The position numbers and the translations under genes were made by a program. A DNA stretch of 63,525 nt, counting the filler, from Ministeria vibrans ATCC 50519 (Eukaryota; Protista; Filasterea), in the NCBI GenBank assembly GCA_943704425.1. It is 7 parts of 7 records of this genome, joined end to end, with 100 filler letters (N's around TTAATTAATTAA, not from the genome) between each part and the next. Parts side by side here need not be neighbours in the genome. Positions count along the whole stretch, not along the records: positions 9,918 to 28,173 come from CALSCP010001597.1; positions 28,274 to 40,253 come from CALSCP010002756.1; 5 more parts are not named here. One strand, given 5' to 3'. Below, one piece after another: positions 19,616 to 34,395 of the stretch (the stretch's first letter is position 1; the number at the start of each line of letters is the position of its first letter). The notes below the pieces were generated by a model. The model searched no databases and was not told the origin of the DNA. It worked only from the letters and a program-made list of their open reading frames with translations.

Positions 19616-22178
19616 TTACAAGATTGCATGGGGAGGGTTGCCGGGCGGAGGTACAACATCGCGCTTGCTACTATGATCACTAATGCGACGGCCAAAAATG
19701 GATTGTCTTCGCGGAGCGGCGGCACGTGCTGCCGCTGCCTCGTCGTGGGCCTTTTGCTCGGGGGTGCGTGTGTCGATCTTGTCGAGAGGCAGCTCCATTG
19801 GACCGCCCTGAGCCATACGCAGGTTGGCCAGCAACATATCTTGGATTTCAAGCTGATCGACGGACTGGGTGACAAAGTTGTCAATGAGACGCGCTTGCGA
19901 CGACATAATCTGCAGCACTTTCGGTCGGTCAATGGGGCCGTGCTCAATGTAAAACACCGGGGTGTAGTCACCCTCCTATAGATGCAGTGTTCAGAAGAGA
20001 GACACCGTCACCCCCGAGCAAAGTACTGTGCGTTTGTTACCTGGTGGGAATCCCACGCAATGTCGTCAAAGCGAAAGCGGTGAGTGACCTTGTCGTTCTT
20101 CTGGTCGATGAGAGTGATGTCCTGGGTGGTCACTGCAATGCGCACTTTCACGTTGGGCTTGTCCTGCATGGTGATCCCTCGCATCGACTATGGGAAAGAC
20201 AACGTCAGAAAAGAGGAAAGGGAAGACACTAGAAGTGTGCGCACCTGCAAGTATTCGCCAAAGAACCAGGTGCAGCCATACCACGAGTACTGCCACAGGT
20301 ATTGCAGGTACAGCAAATGTAGCATTAGCTCGTTGCGCTTGCCCACGTACTACAGAAAGAGAGAGAGAGAGAGGAGGGAGAAAGACAAACAAAAAAAGGT
20401 GGAGAGTGAGCAGGAAAAGTGATACCTAAAGACACTCTTATGTTATACCTTTTTGGAGTGCATTTCGAGAATAGTTGAGCTCCACTGGAAATTGTGTTCC
20501 TTTCGGATCATTTTGGCAGGCACAAGCAGCGAGATCTCATCCTCGCTATACAGCAAACGACACACGACAGCCGAGTCAGTACACACTCACACACGGCAGT
20601 ACACACACATATTCTCTACAATTCTTACGTAATGACAAAGGGTGACTTCTCGGGCTTGCCATCCTCGATGAAGAGTAACTGCAGACGAATGGCGGCGAGG
20701 TAGAGCACTCCTTCGCGGTCGACGGGGTAGCGTCCGCAGTGCACGTTCGCCTCTGCCTCGAGGAAGAGCAGTCGCAGCGCAACGGGATCGCGCACTTTGC
20801 GCTCGTGTGCGCGACTGATGAAGGGTGCACGCTTGAGAGCCAGACGAGGTGCTTTGTATGGCGCGCGACGCATGTACCGCTCCGACAACAGTGCCCACTG
20901 TTGCCGCACAAAGTACGGCTCAAAATCATACTTCAACGGTAGTTCTATGCAGAAGAACAGATGAGAACAGCGTGGCGCTCAAGCGTTGTTTTAACTCTAT
21001 TTTTCTTTTTCGTGTACCCAAAGTGCCGTCCATCATCCACAAGGTAAAAAGAGGATAGCTCTGCTTTTCGAGATCATAGTGACGAAAGGTGTCACGCAGG
21101 ATCTTCGAGACGCGCGTGTGTTTGCCGCGCTCGTAGCGCAGTTGGGTTGCAGACTCGTCCATCAGGTACACTTGAAAGGCAATCGGTACCTCTGCAGACA
21201 GAATCGAGAAAGAAAAGAAGTGTCAAAAAACAAATTAATATACTATAATAATTATTTAAATACACATCTCACGTCTACCAACACAAACCGGGTTTCTCTC
21301 ACAATGGCGTCACATCTGGCGCCGCAACAATCACAAACATACACACCACAAACATACGAGTATACACAAACTGCAAACCAAAGATAAAGGCCCTCAAAGG
21401 AGAAAATTTCAGTCAGGAAAAAAATCTGCCCACAAAGAGTCATTTGACAAGTTCAAAAATAGACGTCAAAAAAAGAAGGCGAAAAAAAAAAAAAGAGGGA
21501 CAAAGGACAGAGATGGAGGGCGTAAATGGACAAGGGAGCGGAGGGATTACATTGAACGGGACACACTCTAAGAGTAGAGCGGGCGAGCGTGGCGGGTTGC
21601 TTACCGGGACGAGCGCCAGCGCGCGGTCCTTTGCGCGCGACCTTTTGGGAAACCATACGATGTAGCTGCCTTGAGGCGGACTGGAACTCCTGCTCGGCCG
21701 GATGCATTGGCGGTGGGGAGGATGCGGCGCCGCGCGGGGGGAACGAGACGGCCTGGGAGCCGCTGCTGTCTGGTGGGTGCAGCTGAGGATTGTGTGACGA
21801 CGATGGGCGCGCCATGGGAACCACCACCTCGTAGTCTTCGTCGTCCTCGCGCGAGCGCAGCTTAGCCCCGCTGGATTGGGGTCGCGGCGCGGGAGGCGCT
21901 GCGGGGGTCTGTGAGGGTGTTTTGGAGACGGGCGTAATCATTTCGTAGTCATCGTCATCTTCGCGTGATCTAACGCCGCGATTGGGCGCCATTTCCACAA
22001 TGGTGGAGTCCACTGTCCAGTGCTGCTTTCGATCGGGTGTTGAGGGGCGCTGAGGCGAGCTCGAGGCGTCCGTCATGGCGGACACCGTCGTCAGCATGGA
22101 GCCCTCGCGCAGCAACGGCGCCACGGATGTGCGCTGTGTAGCCACATCAAGGGTGTCCATGCGAACAATGCGAGACAT
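19616..22178 (-). CDS. FERM-domain protein, FRMD8 (iTAP)/KRIT1-like, with N-terminal Tyr-motif extension
   Basis: VYLMDES..LFTLWMM..LELPLK..PYFVRQQW..LRLLFLEAEANVHCGRYP..WYGCTWFFGE..LQIMSSQARLI follows FRMD8-type FERM motifs. Confidence 0.75.
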
Positions 22179-22281
22179 GACTTAACAAAAGGAAGATGAA
22201 ATGATATTATATGATTATCTCGAATTGAGTTCGGAAGCAAACTTTGGCAAACTCTAAAGATCATAATCAAAAATATTCTTC

Positions 22282-22773
22282 ATGTCTGGTGTCGAAGGCG
22301 AGAATGGTTCAAAGAAGTGGCGGCTGCCCTGCAGTGCACCCGAGGGCCCCGATGCAAGCACCACGGGCTGGCACGAAGGGGCCACGGTGTTCTCAGAGGT
22401 GTCGCTGGAGCAACTGCGCGCCGCCCACCAGCAGTTCAGTCAGGCGCGCGGGTGGACGCCGTACCACCGGCCGCGCAACCTCGTCTTGGCGCTTGTAGGC
22501 GAGGTCGGGGAGCTGGCGGAGTGTTTTCAATGGCACGGAGAGGTAAGCGGGTGCGTAATGTTCTGCCCCCAGAGTGATCAGTGGTGCGTTTGGTTGTAGG
22601 TTGACTTTGGACTGCCGACGTTCACCGACGATCAGAGAGAACGGCTGCGCGACGAACTGGCCGACGTGCTATTGTATACGATCCGTCTGGCAGACACCTG
22701 CGGCATCCACCTGGCGGCTGCGTGTCGCGACAAAGCCGCAAAGAACGCACTCAAATATCCAGTCGAACCATAA
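22282..22773 (+). CDS. DCTPP1: dCTP pyrophosphatase 1 (MazG-like), 2 exons
   Basis: YHRPRNLVLALVGEVGELAECFQW and ELADVLLYTIRLADTCGIHL..KNALKYP. Confidence 0.93.
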
Positions 22774-22980
22774 TAATTATTATAATGTAATCGTTTGTTT
22801 GTGTGTCTCTCTCGCCTCACTTGTCTGGCCATCGACCAAGCTCTGGTTTTTGTTTATTCTGACACTCTTTACGCTCCTGCAGCTTCGAAAGTACTTCTGA
22901 GCGTGTTCTGAGCTTTGACACTTCGTTTCATTCGCTTAATTTTTTATTATATTCGTTATAATCATTTCAATTCTTCTCAA

Positions 22981-25900
22981 ATGCTCTCCTCCTTACTCCA
23001 CTGGATCCAATCCATCGACGGAGTCACGGGCGCGCGCGAACAGAGCTCGGATCTCATCGATGGCGCTGTCCTCGGACAGATCTTTGGCGCTGCGTACGTC
23101 CACGCCCACGCCGCCCGAGTGTCCCCCTCCCGCCCCACATCCTCTACGGCTTACTCCTCTCCCCCATGCACTGGCGCTCGTCCCTCCATACAACCGTTGT
23201 TTCCCTTCAAAATGTCGTCAACCCATCAAAACGCTTCCCCTCTCCTATCCGCTCCTTTCTCCCTCCTCTCCCTCTCTCTTCCCCCGCCACAGCCCCCTCC
23301 TTTGATACCCGCTCAATTGTCTTCGCCTCAAAACTCTCTCTCTCTCTCTCTCTTTTACTCAATCTCTCTCTCTTTTACTCAATCTCTCTCTCTTTCCTTT
23401 TTTCACCGTTTCCGTTGTTCTGTAGCGTTCCGCAGCGCCTCGACGCTGGAAAGATCAAGGAGGCCAACAATGCAAGCGTGCGCATTGCGAACATCAAGAA
23501 ACTCTCCCGCAGTATTAAGGAATTCTACGAAGAAGTACGACGGTCATTTTTTGGTTTTTTCACTCTTTGTCAAAGATAATTCTCAACCAAAACTTCGCTC
23601 AAACGCGCTTTGCTTGTTCTCTCAAACACCACTGTGTGCAACGTAGGACCTTGGTTTGACTCTGTCGGAGAGTGACGAAGCCGATGCGACGCTGATCGGA
23701 AAGGATGGCGACGAAGCAGCGCTGCAGAAGCTGGCACAGTTGGTGTTGGTTGCCGCTGTGCAGTGCGAGAACAAGCAGAAGTACATTGAGAAGGTGGGCG
23801 CCCTTTCGAACGCAGTTACCCTTTTTTGTTTGTTTGTTGTTTTGACACTTATATTTGTGTAGATTTTGACACTCGAAGAGGAAGAGCAGCATGAGTTGAT
23901 GAGCATCATTCAGTCGCTGCTGGAGCGTACGCAGCGTGGGGGCGCCCCACTTGACCCTAGTGACTCACCAGGTCCCTCTCCTGGCGGTCGCACCATGAGC
24001 GGCACCTCGTCATCCTACGAGTCTGTGGTTGCCGAACGTGACGAATTACAACAGCGTCTCTCTCGTCTTCAAGTGGACGTCAAAGAAATGGGCACCGAGC
24101 TTCAGGTGCGCAATGTGTCGACGTCTCTCTTTCTTTCTGTCACATTCTTCACTTTCTTTTTTTTTTTCTTCTCTCTCTATCACTTTGTTTCTTTCTCCCT
24201 CCTCTCTCTATCACTTTGTTTCTTTCTCCCTCCTCTCTCTCTCTATCACTTTGTTTCTTTCTCCCTCCTCTCTCTCTCTATCGCTTTGTTTCTTTCTCCC
24301 TCCTCTCTATCTCTATCGCTTTGTTTCTTTTTCCCCTCCTCTTTCGACTCTCGTCCCGAACAACTAACATGCTTTGTTTTATAGTCGCTTCAAAGCGACA
24401 AGGCAAGACTGTCAGCGGAAGTGGCACAGTTGGAGACGGCGGCCAAGGGAGCGCAGCAAGCACGGGAGGCACTCAACGAGGCGGGCCGACTGCGCGAGAA
24501 GGTGGACATACTGGAAGGGGAGCAGGAGGAGCTGCGTGCAGCCGCTGCCAAGACGGCGACGGAGCTGGTTGAGGCACGACGGAAGAACGAACATCTGCAT
24601 GCGGAGGTAGTTGAGGCACAAGGGCTACACGATGAGCTGGAAGAGTTGCGTGAGAGGGCGCGTCTCGCCGAGAAGGACCGTGCAACGCTCGACAACTACA
24701 AGAAGAAGCTGGAGGGACTTGGCGACCTCAAGCGACAGCTCAAGATCGCCGAAGAGCAGAACGTGAGTTACGTGTCGCAGATTCGGGTGCTTGAAGACTC
24801 GTCCAAGAGCACGCAGGCGCTGCGAGCACAGTCGGAGCAGTACAAGAAGACTGTGGGTGAGCTGGAGGAGAAGCTCAACACACAGAGTGTGCAGTTGAGC
24901 AAAGCGCAGATTGTGGCACAGCGCGCGACCGAGAACCTTACTCGGGCGGAGATGGAGCGTGATCGAGTCACGGCAGAGCTGCACTCGGCGACCGAACGAT
25001 TGGAGACGGCAGAGCACGATGGACTTACGGGAGTGTTCAAGAAGAAGAAGGGTGGGGATGGGTCGGGGGCGGGAGAGGGTGGGGTAGATGATGACGACGA
25101 TCACACGGGGACCTTTAGCGACGCCATTACGGCTGGGCTCAAGCGCCACATCGAGACCCTCGAGCATGAGAATCGAAAGTTGCGCGAGACTGAGGGCACT
25201 GGGAACGACGCAAAGTTTGCCGTATGTGTTTTTCCATGAAATCACTCTGATCATTGTTGGACTCATTTCTCGCTCTCTTTTTGTTTCTCCTCTTTGTTCA
25301 TTTTGGCAGGTACTTCAAACCATGTTGGACGATGCCAAGGAAGGCAAGAGCAAATACGAACAGATGTACATGGAGACGCAGCAGAAGGTGCATGAGTTGG
25401 AGGCTGACAAGGCGGACTTGGAGAAGGAGGCGCGCGAGAAGGAGGCGGCGCGTGCCAGTGCTCAGTCAGGGTGAGATGAACACCCACTACATTATAATAT
25501 CTTACTCACACTATATTGTGACCCACTCACACACCTTTGCTCACCTTTTTTTTTTACCACGATAGAGTGAAGGAGGCTGCTTATGAAGAGCTGGCGCGAA
25601 AGGAGAAGCAGCTTGCAAGTGTGACACAGGCACGAGATGAGTATGAGGGACGCGCGAACCGGGCAGAGGAGGCTCTGCGCACACTGCAGGTGGAGCATGT
25701 GAGTGTGCAAAAGGAGTTGAGCCTTGTGGGGGTGGACACGCGTGAGGCTGTAGAGAAGCTCAGGAAGGAGGTCAGACACGCGTTTCTCTTATCCTTCTTG
25801 AATCTGATCCTTTTTATTATTATTCTTGTAGTGTGCCGAGGAGACGAAGACTCTGACAGAGACACTGACAAGACGCGCGGAAGAGGCAGAGGCTCAATTG

Positions 25901-27044
25901 GCGAGTCTCAAGGCACAATTGAGCGCAGTCGAGACGGCCAAGAACCACGCAGAGGGCCAGCTTAGGGAGATGGAACGTGACAAGGCCGGTCTGCTCACGC
26001 AGGTCAATTCACTGTTGGTCCAGGGCAGTGCCAACACACACTCTCAGGTCGATGAGAAGTCGTATTTGTTGCAACTCCAGCAGCTCAAAGACAAGGTTTG
26101 CTAATAATATTCATATTAATAATAATTATTATTATTATTTTTATTATTTTAATTAATCATTATTCTAATATGTTGTGCTGTAACATTGTACAGATCCACC
26201 AACTGGAAATGGAAAAGATGGAGCTGGAGAAGAAAGGAATCAGCGCAGGAGCACGCATCCACGAGCTGGAAGGGCATACCAAGGAAGCAGTGGACCGGCT
26301 GCAGCGTCTGCGCGACAAGAGCGAGAGTGTCTTGGGCGATAAGGAGAAGGAGCTTGTTCGTCTAAAAGGTCGCGAAAAGGATCTCACCGAGGTACGTCAT
26401 ACGTATTTTTTTTCTCTCTCCCTTCACTTTGTTCTTTCTCCTTTCTTTTCCTCTTATCTGTCCATCTCTTTCTTTTTTTCTTTCTTTCTTCCTTTTCCTC
26501 TTCCGCAATCTTTCATTTTTTCTTTCTGTGCCTCTCATTCTTTTCAATTTGGTTGTGTGGCGTGTATTGTTTAGGCCCTGACCGTTGCTCGGAGTGCTGT
26601 GAGAGAGGGCGCGCGTAAGTGAAAAAAGAAGAAATTTTAGTTTTTCATTATTGGTTTATTTATGTGTGTGTGTTTTTTTTTTGTATACAGCGGAAGAGAC
26701 TGAGAAACTGATGCTCTCGCAGAAGAATATGATTGCAGAGCTGAAGGAAAACATTTCAAAGCTAAAAGAAGTATGTGAACAAAGAGGAAAATGACTATAG
26801 AGATGAATGGCTCACTTTGTATCTAACAACTTGTCTCTGTGTGTATGGATAGGACAAGGAAGAACTGAAGAAGGCGCATCGAGCGGAAACACAGCTGATT
26901 GTGAGTGCATGGTATGAGATGGGAATGCAGGTGCATGCGCGCTCTGCTGCTGCATCTGCCCATGGCGCTTCTGCAGCTTCTGCTTTGGGCGGTCAGAGCT
27001 TTTTGGCGCGTCAGAGGAATTCAATGACCAGAGCTGACTTTTGA
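22981..27044 (+). CDS. HOOK: Hook-family dynein adaptor (Hook CH domain, long coiled coil, C-terminal cargo motif)
   Basis: LLHWIQS..DLIDG..LQKLAQLVLVAAVQCENKQKYIEKILTLEEEEQHELM at the N-terminus and QLIVSAWYEMG..SFLARQR at the C-terminus. Confidence 0.88.
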
Positions 27045-27217
27045 CTGTTATCTCTGAGTGTGCGTGTGTGTGTTTTTTCATGTGTGTTTGTGGGTAAAAG
27101 AAACAATACGTCTTTGATTATAATTATTCTGATGTTTACATGATACGATAAGGCATCGCATTCTCTCACACTCACTCACTCTCTGTCTCACTTTCCACAC
27201 ACACACACACACACACA

Positions 27218-27996
<779 letters not shown>

Positions 27997-28135
27997 CTAT
28001 GCATTGTTGGTATTGAATTTTGCCTCGCTCAAATCTCAATCACCACTTTGTTTCTCCCCCCTTAATTCTCTCTCTATCACTTATTTGTTCTCCCCCTCCT
28101 CTCTCTCTCTCTCTCTCTTTATCACTTTGTTTCTT

Positions 28136-28173
<38 letters not shown>

Positions 28174-28273
28174 NNNNNNNNNNNNNNNNNNNNNNNNNNN
28201 NNNNNNNNNNNNNNNNNTTAATTAATTAANNNNNNNNNNNNNNNNNNNNNNNNNNNNNNNNNNNNNNNNNNNN

Positions 28274-28336
<63 letters not shown>

Positions 28337-28421
28337 CAAACACCATATCCTCCCTCCCCTTCAGCACAGCTTGCAATGTAGACAGAAAAACTCGATTATT
28401 TTCAATTGTTTTCGTTGTGAT

Positions 28422-29559
28422 TTACTCAAAGGTTTCAACAACAGATGTAAGAAACTGTCCATAGCCAATAGACTCTTGCTCAACTACGAGATAGAGAGAG
28501 AGGGAGAGAGAGAAAAGAGGGAAAGAAACACAATGGTAGAGGAAGAGAGAGTTGGAGAGAGAGAGAAAAAACAGACGGAGGAAAGGAGAGAAAATTGACA
28601 AAGTGATAGAGGGAGAACAAAACAAGCGATAGAGACAACAAAGAAGAACAGTTAGCAGAGAAGAAAAGAATGATTGAAAACCGTACGGACAACTTCAATG
28701 ACGCTCTTTGCAAACTTATCGTTGATTCCGGCGGACGAGAGTGCGTCGATGAGATGCTGGGCCATGGTCTCGTCGAGAGTCGTGGTGTCTTCGCACGCGT
28801 AGACGATCTTATCGTCCACAAGGTGTGCCAGCGAGTTGCCAGTAAAGTCAACACCCTCCGTCTGGTAGAAGGTCAGGCTCATAAGAGTGCGCTTGTTGGG
28901 TGTGTTAGTGTTGGTGATCTCGAGCTCAACAGGAATGGCGAAGCCAGTCATGAGTTCATCCTCCTTGTCGCCCTCTTCCATGTCTTCTTCGCCCATCCCC
29001 AACTCGGACGCAAGATCACGCAGCTCGGGAGGGTTTACGGAGACTTTAAATTGAGTTGCGCCAATGAGACGTGTCAGGGTGATCTTTGAGGGAGACGCCT
29101 CGACACTGAAGTTTGTGTGCTCCTCCAAGTCAGCAACGGCCAGAGCCTCGCCCGCCTGCGCAATGGTGTCGCTCTCTTGGCGCAGCTCTTGTGCGGCCGC
29201 TTCCACCAGGTTCTTGGAGGCTATCAAAACGACCGGCACATTCAGAGACGTCTCGACACTTTTTCGGCGCTTCTCTTCTTTTACCCAGTTTATAGTTGGA
29301 CAGTCCGCGATCTGTAGAGTATGCCTTGGACTGAATGTAAGATGGGGCGGCAAGGCATCGGCGAGCTATGCCGAGGGAGGAGAGAGGCAGAGAGAGAAAA
29401 GGAAAAAAAAAGACGATGAAGTCATTTTGTCTCACACGTGAGATTGGACGTCAACTTCTCGTTTCACTTACAGACGCTCGAAAGAACTGTAGAAGCACGA
29501 ATGGAGGCTTGGGCCGAAAGGGCGGCGCCAAAGACGCGAGATGAAGCACGAGAGAGCAT
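28422..29559 (-). CDS. Mitochondrial acidic matrix glycoprotein, MAM33/C1QBP(p32) family
   Basis: Mitochondrial presequence, acidic loop, and C-terminus TTLDETMAQHLIDALSSAGINDKFA..EQ..YGQFL. Confidence 0.7.
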
Positions 29560-29815
29560 AGAAGGTGAACAACAAAAATGTAAGAATAAGACTAAAGACG
29601 ATAAACAATTATTCTTATTAAATCAAATCAATCAATGATGAATAATACACGAATAATATAAGACTTCGCTTCTGACTTCAGTACAGTAAGTAGACAGACG
29701 ATAGTGACTAATGAATATACAGTGATTCCAGTGAACAACACTACATCAGGCACAGAACAGTGCAATTAAAACGTCAATAATTATTATATTATCAATTTTT
29801 TTCCCAATATTCAGC

Positions 29816-31690
29816 TGCAGCAGATTGTTCGACAGCACTGCGGCGTGCAAAACAAGTACCACCGCCTTGTGAAGGGCACGGTGGCCGTGGTGGCTGTTCT
29901 GGTGTCGGTGTGGTTGCTGGTGCTGTGGCAGGGCGCCTTTGCCGGCCAGGAGCGGTGGAACACGACAAACGTTACAGAGCTGCCGCGCGAAATGCAGCTG
30001 CGCATCAAGCACTGGTACATCCACGTGTGCAACGTGGTTGACTATGGAGCAAAGGGGGACGGGCTCTACGACTCGACCAAGGCCATACAGTTTGCCATTG
30101 GCGTGTGTGCGCATCGAGCGACGGCGAAGCGACGCGCTGCGGTGTATGTCCCTGCGGGCGTCGCTGCCTTCCGCGACAACGACAACGGCAGCGGCAACGA
30201 CGACGCTGAAGGAGATGTCATTGTGGTGCGATCGTTGCAGGGTCGCACGCATAGTGTCGATGAGAGTGTGTTTGAGAATGACGACAGTGACAGTTCCAAC
30301 GGCGAATCTGCGCGACGGGCAGATGGACATGAAAACGTCAGCTTGGGTGTGTTTCGAAGTGGCCCGCTGTGGCTCGCATCCAATGTGGACTTTATCATTG
30401 ACGGAAAGCTTGTGGCCATTGCTGACCTTTCAATGTATCCGAGAAACCTTCGCCGAACTCGGGGAACAAACAAGGTATCATTATTATTATAATAATTATT
30501 ATTAATAATAATAATTATTATTATTATTATTCATTATTATCATTAATAATTTTTATTATTATTATTATTATTATTATATTTTCATCATATTTTTGTTTAT
30601 GTTTGTTCTTCAAATTCGTCTATGTCTCATTGTATCATACACGCTGTGTAGCTTGGGTATGTCGGCCTGTTAAATGGTGGTCTATGCGACACTACGGCAT
30701 TTGGAGATTCGCTTGAGTGCAAGAGTTGGACTCGCGTAGAAAATGTGGCTGTGTACGGGGAAGGGAGCATTGAGGCAGAGAGTGGGTTTCGTGTGTGGCG
30801 CACACCACCCACCGAGGACGCACCCGCACTGATTGCGCCTCAGATGGTACAAAATTTTATCATTCGCTCGCTGACGATTCGGCGCGCGCCTGCCTGGGCA
30901 ATTCACGTGGCGCTCAGCAAACTGGTGTTTATTGAAGATGTCACCATTGAACTTGGTGGTTTGGGTGTACTTATTGACAGCACATACCATGTTAATGTGG
31001 TCCGCATGACAAGTTTGGATGCTAAAAACTGCATTGTGATTGAGGTATGAGAAAAAGGGAGGGAAAGTAGTCGTGAAAAATTAAAAATAATTCAAAATTA
31101 ATTATATTTTTTTGCAGAGCGGGATTTGGAGCTCTGAAGCCCGACCGCCCATTCACGTACCGACGGGACTGGTGAAAGTTGCCGACTTGCGTTGCCGTGC
31201 GACGCAGCTGTGTGTTTCTATTGGACCGGGAATTAGCGGAAATGTGCACAATGTGACGGTAATCAATTCGGAATTGGTGGGATGTCGGACGGGGGTGACG
31301 GTGCACTCGCGCGAGCAGAGTGGAGGCAAAGTGTACCACATCAAAATCGACCGGGTGCGCATGAGCCAAGTGCAGCGCATCTTTGACGTAAACACACACG
31401 TTGAGTTCTCGTGGCAAAAGTGGAAAGGAAGCGGCGCAGCGTCGACGTTTACGCACATCACACTGCAGCACATTCTGGCAGTAGACGCACACGACGCCGG
31501 ACGAGTCCTCTGCACCTCCCAGGCAGTGTGCAGCACCCTGACTCTTGCAGACATTGTTGCATCGTCGTCGCCCAATACCAAACCCCATCCATTGACACCC
31601 ATTCAGTGTGAACACGCAATAGTGTTTATCCACGACCTGAAGATTCCCTATACGAATCCAGTTTATCTCCGTCAGCTTCGATGTTTATAG
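29816..31690 (+). CDS. GH28/pectin-lyase-fold beta-helix protein with N-terminal membrane anchor; catalytic motifs absent (first exon not located)
   Basis: NVVDYGAKGDG..DSTKAIQFAI..VYVPAG..FRSGPLWLASNV, ENVAVYGEGSI, VSIG..ISGNVHNVTV, GGKVYHI. Confidence 0.75.
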
Positions 31691-31782
31691 CACACTGTAG
31701 TACTAGTATAAAATCAACTCTCCCACTTTAATTTACGCAACCGTTGACAAAAGTAGAGGAAAAGCGAAAAACGCTATTAATT

Positions 31783-32217
31783 TTATTTGTCTTTCTGAGC
31801 CACTGTCTGTTGCTTTCGCTGTTGCTTCTTTTCCGTTTTGAGTTTGCTCTCCAGCAGATCTCGTTCCTTCTTGCGCTCCTCCTTTTCGAGTTTGCGCTGG
31901 GCATTGATCTTCTCGCGCGCCTCCTGGCGGGCCTTGTTGCGCTGGTTGCGGGTCGAGGGAAGACGGGGGGTCTCGCCACGCGCGACGCTCTGGAGGTACT
32001 TGAGGCGTTCCTGCTGCTGCAAGAGGTCGCTGCTGACGTACTGAATGGGGTCGACGTGGCCGAAGCCCAGACCGCGCTTCATCCGCGAGAACTTGTCGAC
32101 GGGGAGAATAATCTTGCCTGAGCGCGGGTTCGTGAAGAACTGAGAGAAAAAGAAGAGAAAGAGAAGAAGAGAAAGAAGAGGAAGGATAGAGTGAGTTCCT
32201 ATTGGGGAAGAGAGAGG

Positions 32218-32303
<86 letters not shown>

Positions 32304-33054
32304 GGAGAAAGAAACAAAGTGATAGAGAGAGGAGGGGGGGGGGAGAAAGAAACAAAGTGATGGAGAGAGGAGGGAGGAAGAAAGAAACAAAGTGATAGAG
32401 AGAGAGGAGGGAGAAAGAAACAAAGTGATAGAGAGGAAGGAGAAAGAAACAAAGTGATGTAGAGAGAGAGAGTGTGTGTGTGCGTGTGTGCATGTGTGTA
32501 TGCTTCGGTGAATGTATTTGTTACGGGAAGTTGGTGGAGGTCAGTAGGAACAGTGCTGTAGCGGGGGTTGTGGTCGTGCAGATAATACAGCTTGGAGCGG
32601 TGTCGACGTGCAAGACGCAATACTTTGATGTCTTGGATCAGAGGCGAGTACAATGGAAATTCGCGATCTTCGAAAAAGGCAGAGAGTGAGTCTGTGATGC
32701 ACTCAAAGGATGAAAAATAATATTTCTGTGCTCTTACTGGTTCCGATTCCTTTGACAATATTTCGCATTTTCAAACGCGTTGCATGACCGTTGTTGCGAA
32801 TACCAGTACAAATGCCAACATAGGTCACTCTGGATCTGCGGTTACTCAGATACTTCAACATAGAGACTCCTATCCAACAAAAAGAACAGTGCACAACCAA
32901 CCAATGAGAATTCCAACTCAAACTCTCTGTCTCTGCACATCATCTCGCGTGTGATGGATGGAAAGGAACACTCTTACGAAGGATCGAGCCCGGAAAGATT
33001 TTGGGCAGAACAAACTTCTCATTGGCCATTTTCTGTCGTTCATACAGCTCCTGA

Positions 33055-33141
<87 letters not shown>

Positions 33142-33863
33142 AAGAGAGGAAGGAGAAAGAAACAAAGTGATATAGAGGGAGAGAGAGAAAGAGAGGAAGG
33201 AGAAAGAAACAAAGTGATAGAGAGAGAGACGAAGGAGACAGAAACAAAGTGATAGAGAGAGAGAGAGGAGGGAGAAGAAACAAGGTGATAGAGAGAGGAG
33301 GGAGAAAGAAACAAAGTGATAGATAGAGAGAGGAGAAAGAAACAAAGTGATAGAGAGAGTGAGCGGTAGTACATTAACTTGGGATTTGAAGTGTACTCTC
33401 AATCGCAGATAGCCCATCAGGTCTGTGCTTGCTTTCGCTGGGGTGCCTGGAAGATTGCTCATCTAGACCGACGAGAAGGATGGCGAAGCGGAAAGTCGAT
33501 GGGTTGGCGTGTGAGACGGAGAGCGGTGAACGAGTTGAAGGAAAAAAATGATGAAAATGAAGTTACCGTTTTAAGAGGCAATGGGCAGACGTAGGGGACT
33601 CTGGCGTCCTTGATGGCCTTCTTTGCCTTGTTGCGTGCAGAGGATCCTGCGCGCCGGGACAGATAGGGCAAGAGAGAGAGAGTGTGTGAGAGAGAAGTGA
33701 AAACGATGCTGATTTTTTTTCTTCGACGCATTGACTTACGAGCTGCTTCACGCTTCTTTCTCCTTTCCAAGGTCATTCCTCGGGTGCACTGCATAATCGC
33801 AGGTACCATACGCTGGCTAGGTACTGCTATTCTAGCCGATCGAGCGGCCAGAAGTGACAACAT
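31783..33863 (-). CDS. MRPL19: Mitochondrial ribosomal protein bL19m
   Basis: LPKIFPGSILR|V..YVGICTGIRNNG..RNIVKGIG..FPLYSPLIQDIKVLR..RSKLYYL, plus a presequence. Confidence 0.88.
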
Positions 33864-34172
33864 TCAACGAAAGTAAAAAAAAGTAGTTTTCGTATTCATT
33901 AATAATTATTATTTCATTTTAATCATTATTTTAACGGTGTTAGTCGATCACACAAAACAAAGTAGTTGAGCAAAAGGAGCGGTGCAAGCGATGGATGGTG
34001 GAAGAAAACATCAGCTAAATGCTAATAGAAGTGAGAGAACAGTGTCGATGGTAGAGACGTGTGCGACCGACTGTGCGCTTGTTGTCTAGCTAGGTATGCC
34101 CACTCATACTTATATATGGGTATGTGTACAGGTCACTACATGTTTACAATAGGATGAGAAATTTCAACAAAG

Positions 34173-34361
34173 CTACTCGTCCATTCTTGTCGCGGTTGTT
34201 GTTGTTGTTGTTGTTGTGGAGGTTGGTGTTGTCTGACTCGTCTGCGGCGCACGTTCAGTCGCTGCCGTTGTTGCCGCCGCTCTCTTTTGAAGGTATTCTG
34301 AACTTGCATCAGGATATGTTTTGCTCAATGCATCGTGCAGTCGTCCGTGAAATGCCTGATT

Positions 34362-34395
<34 letters not shown>

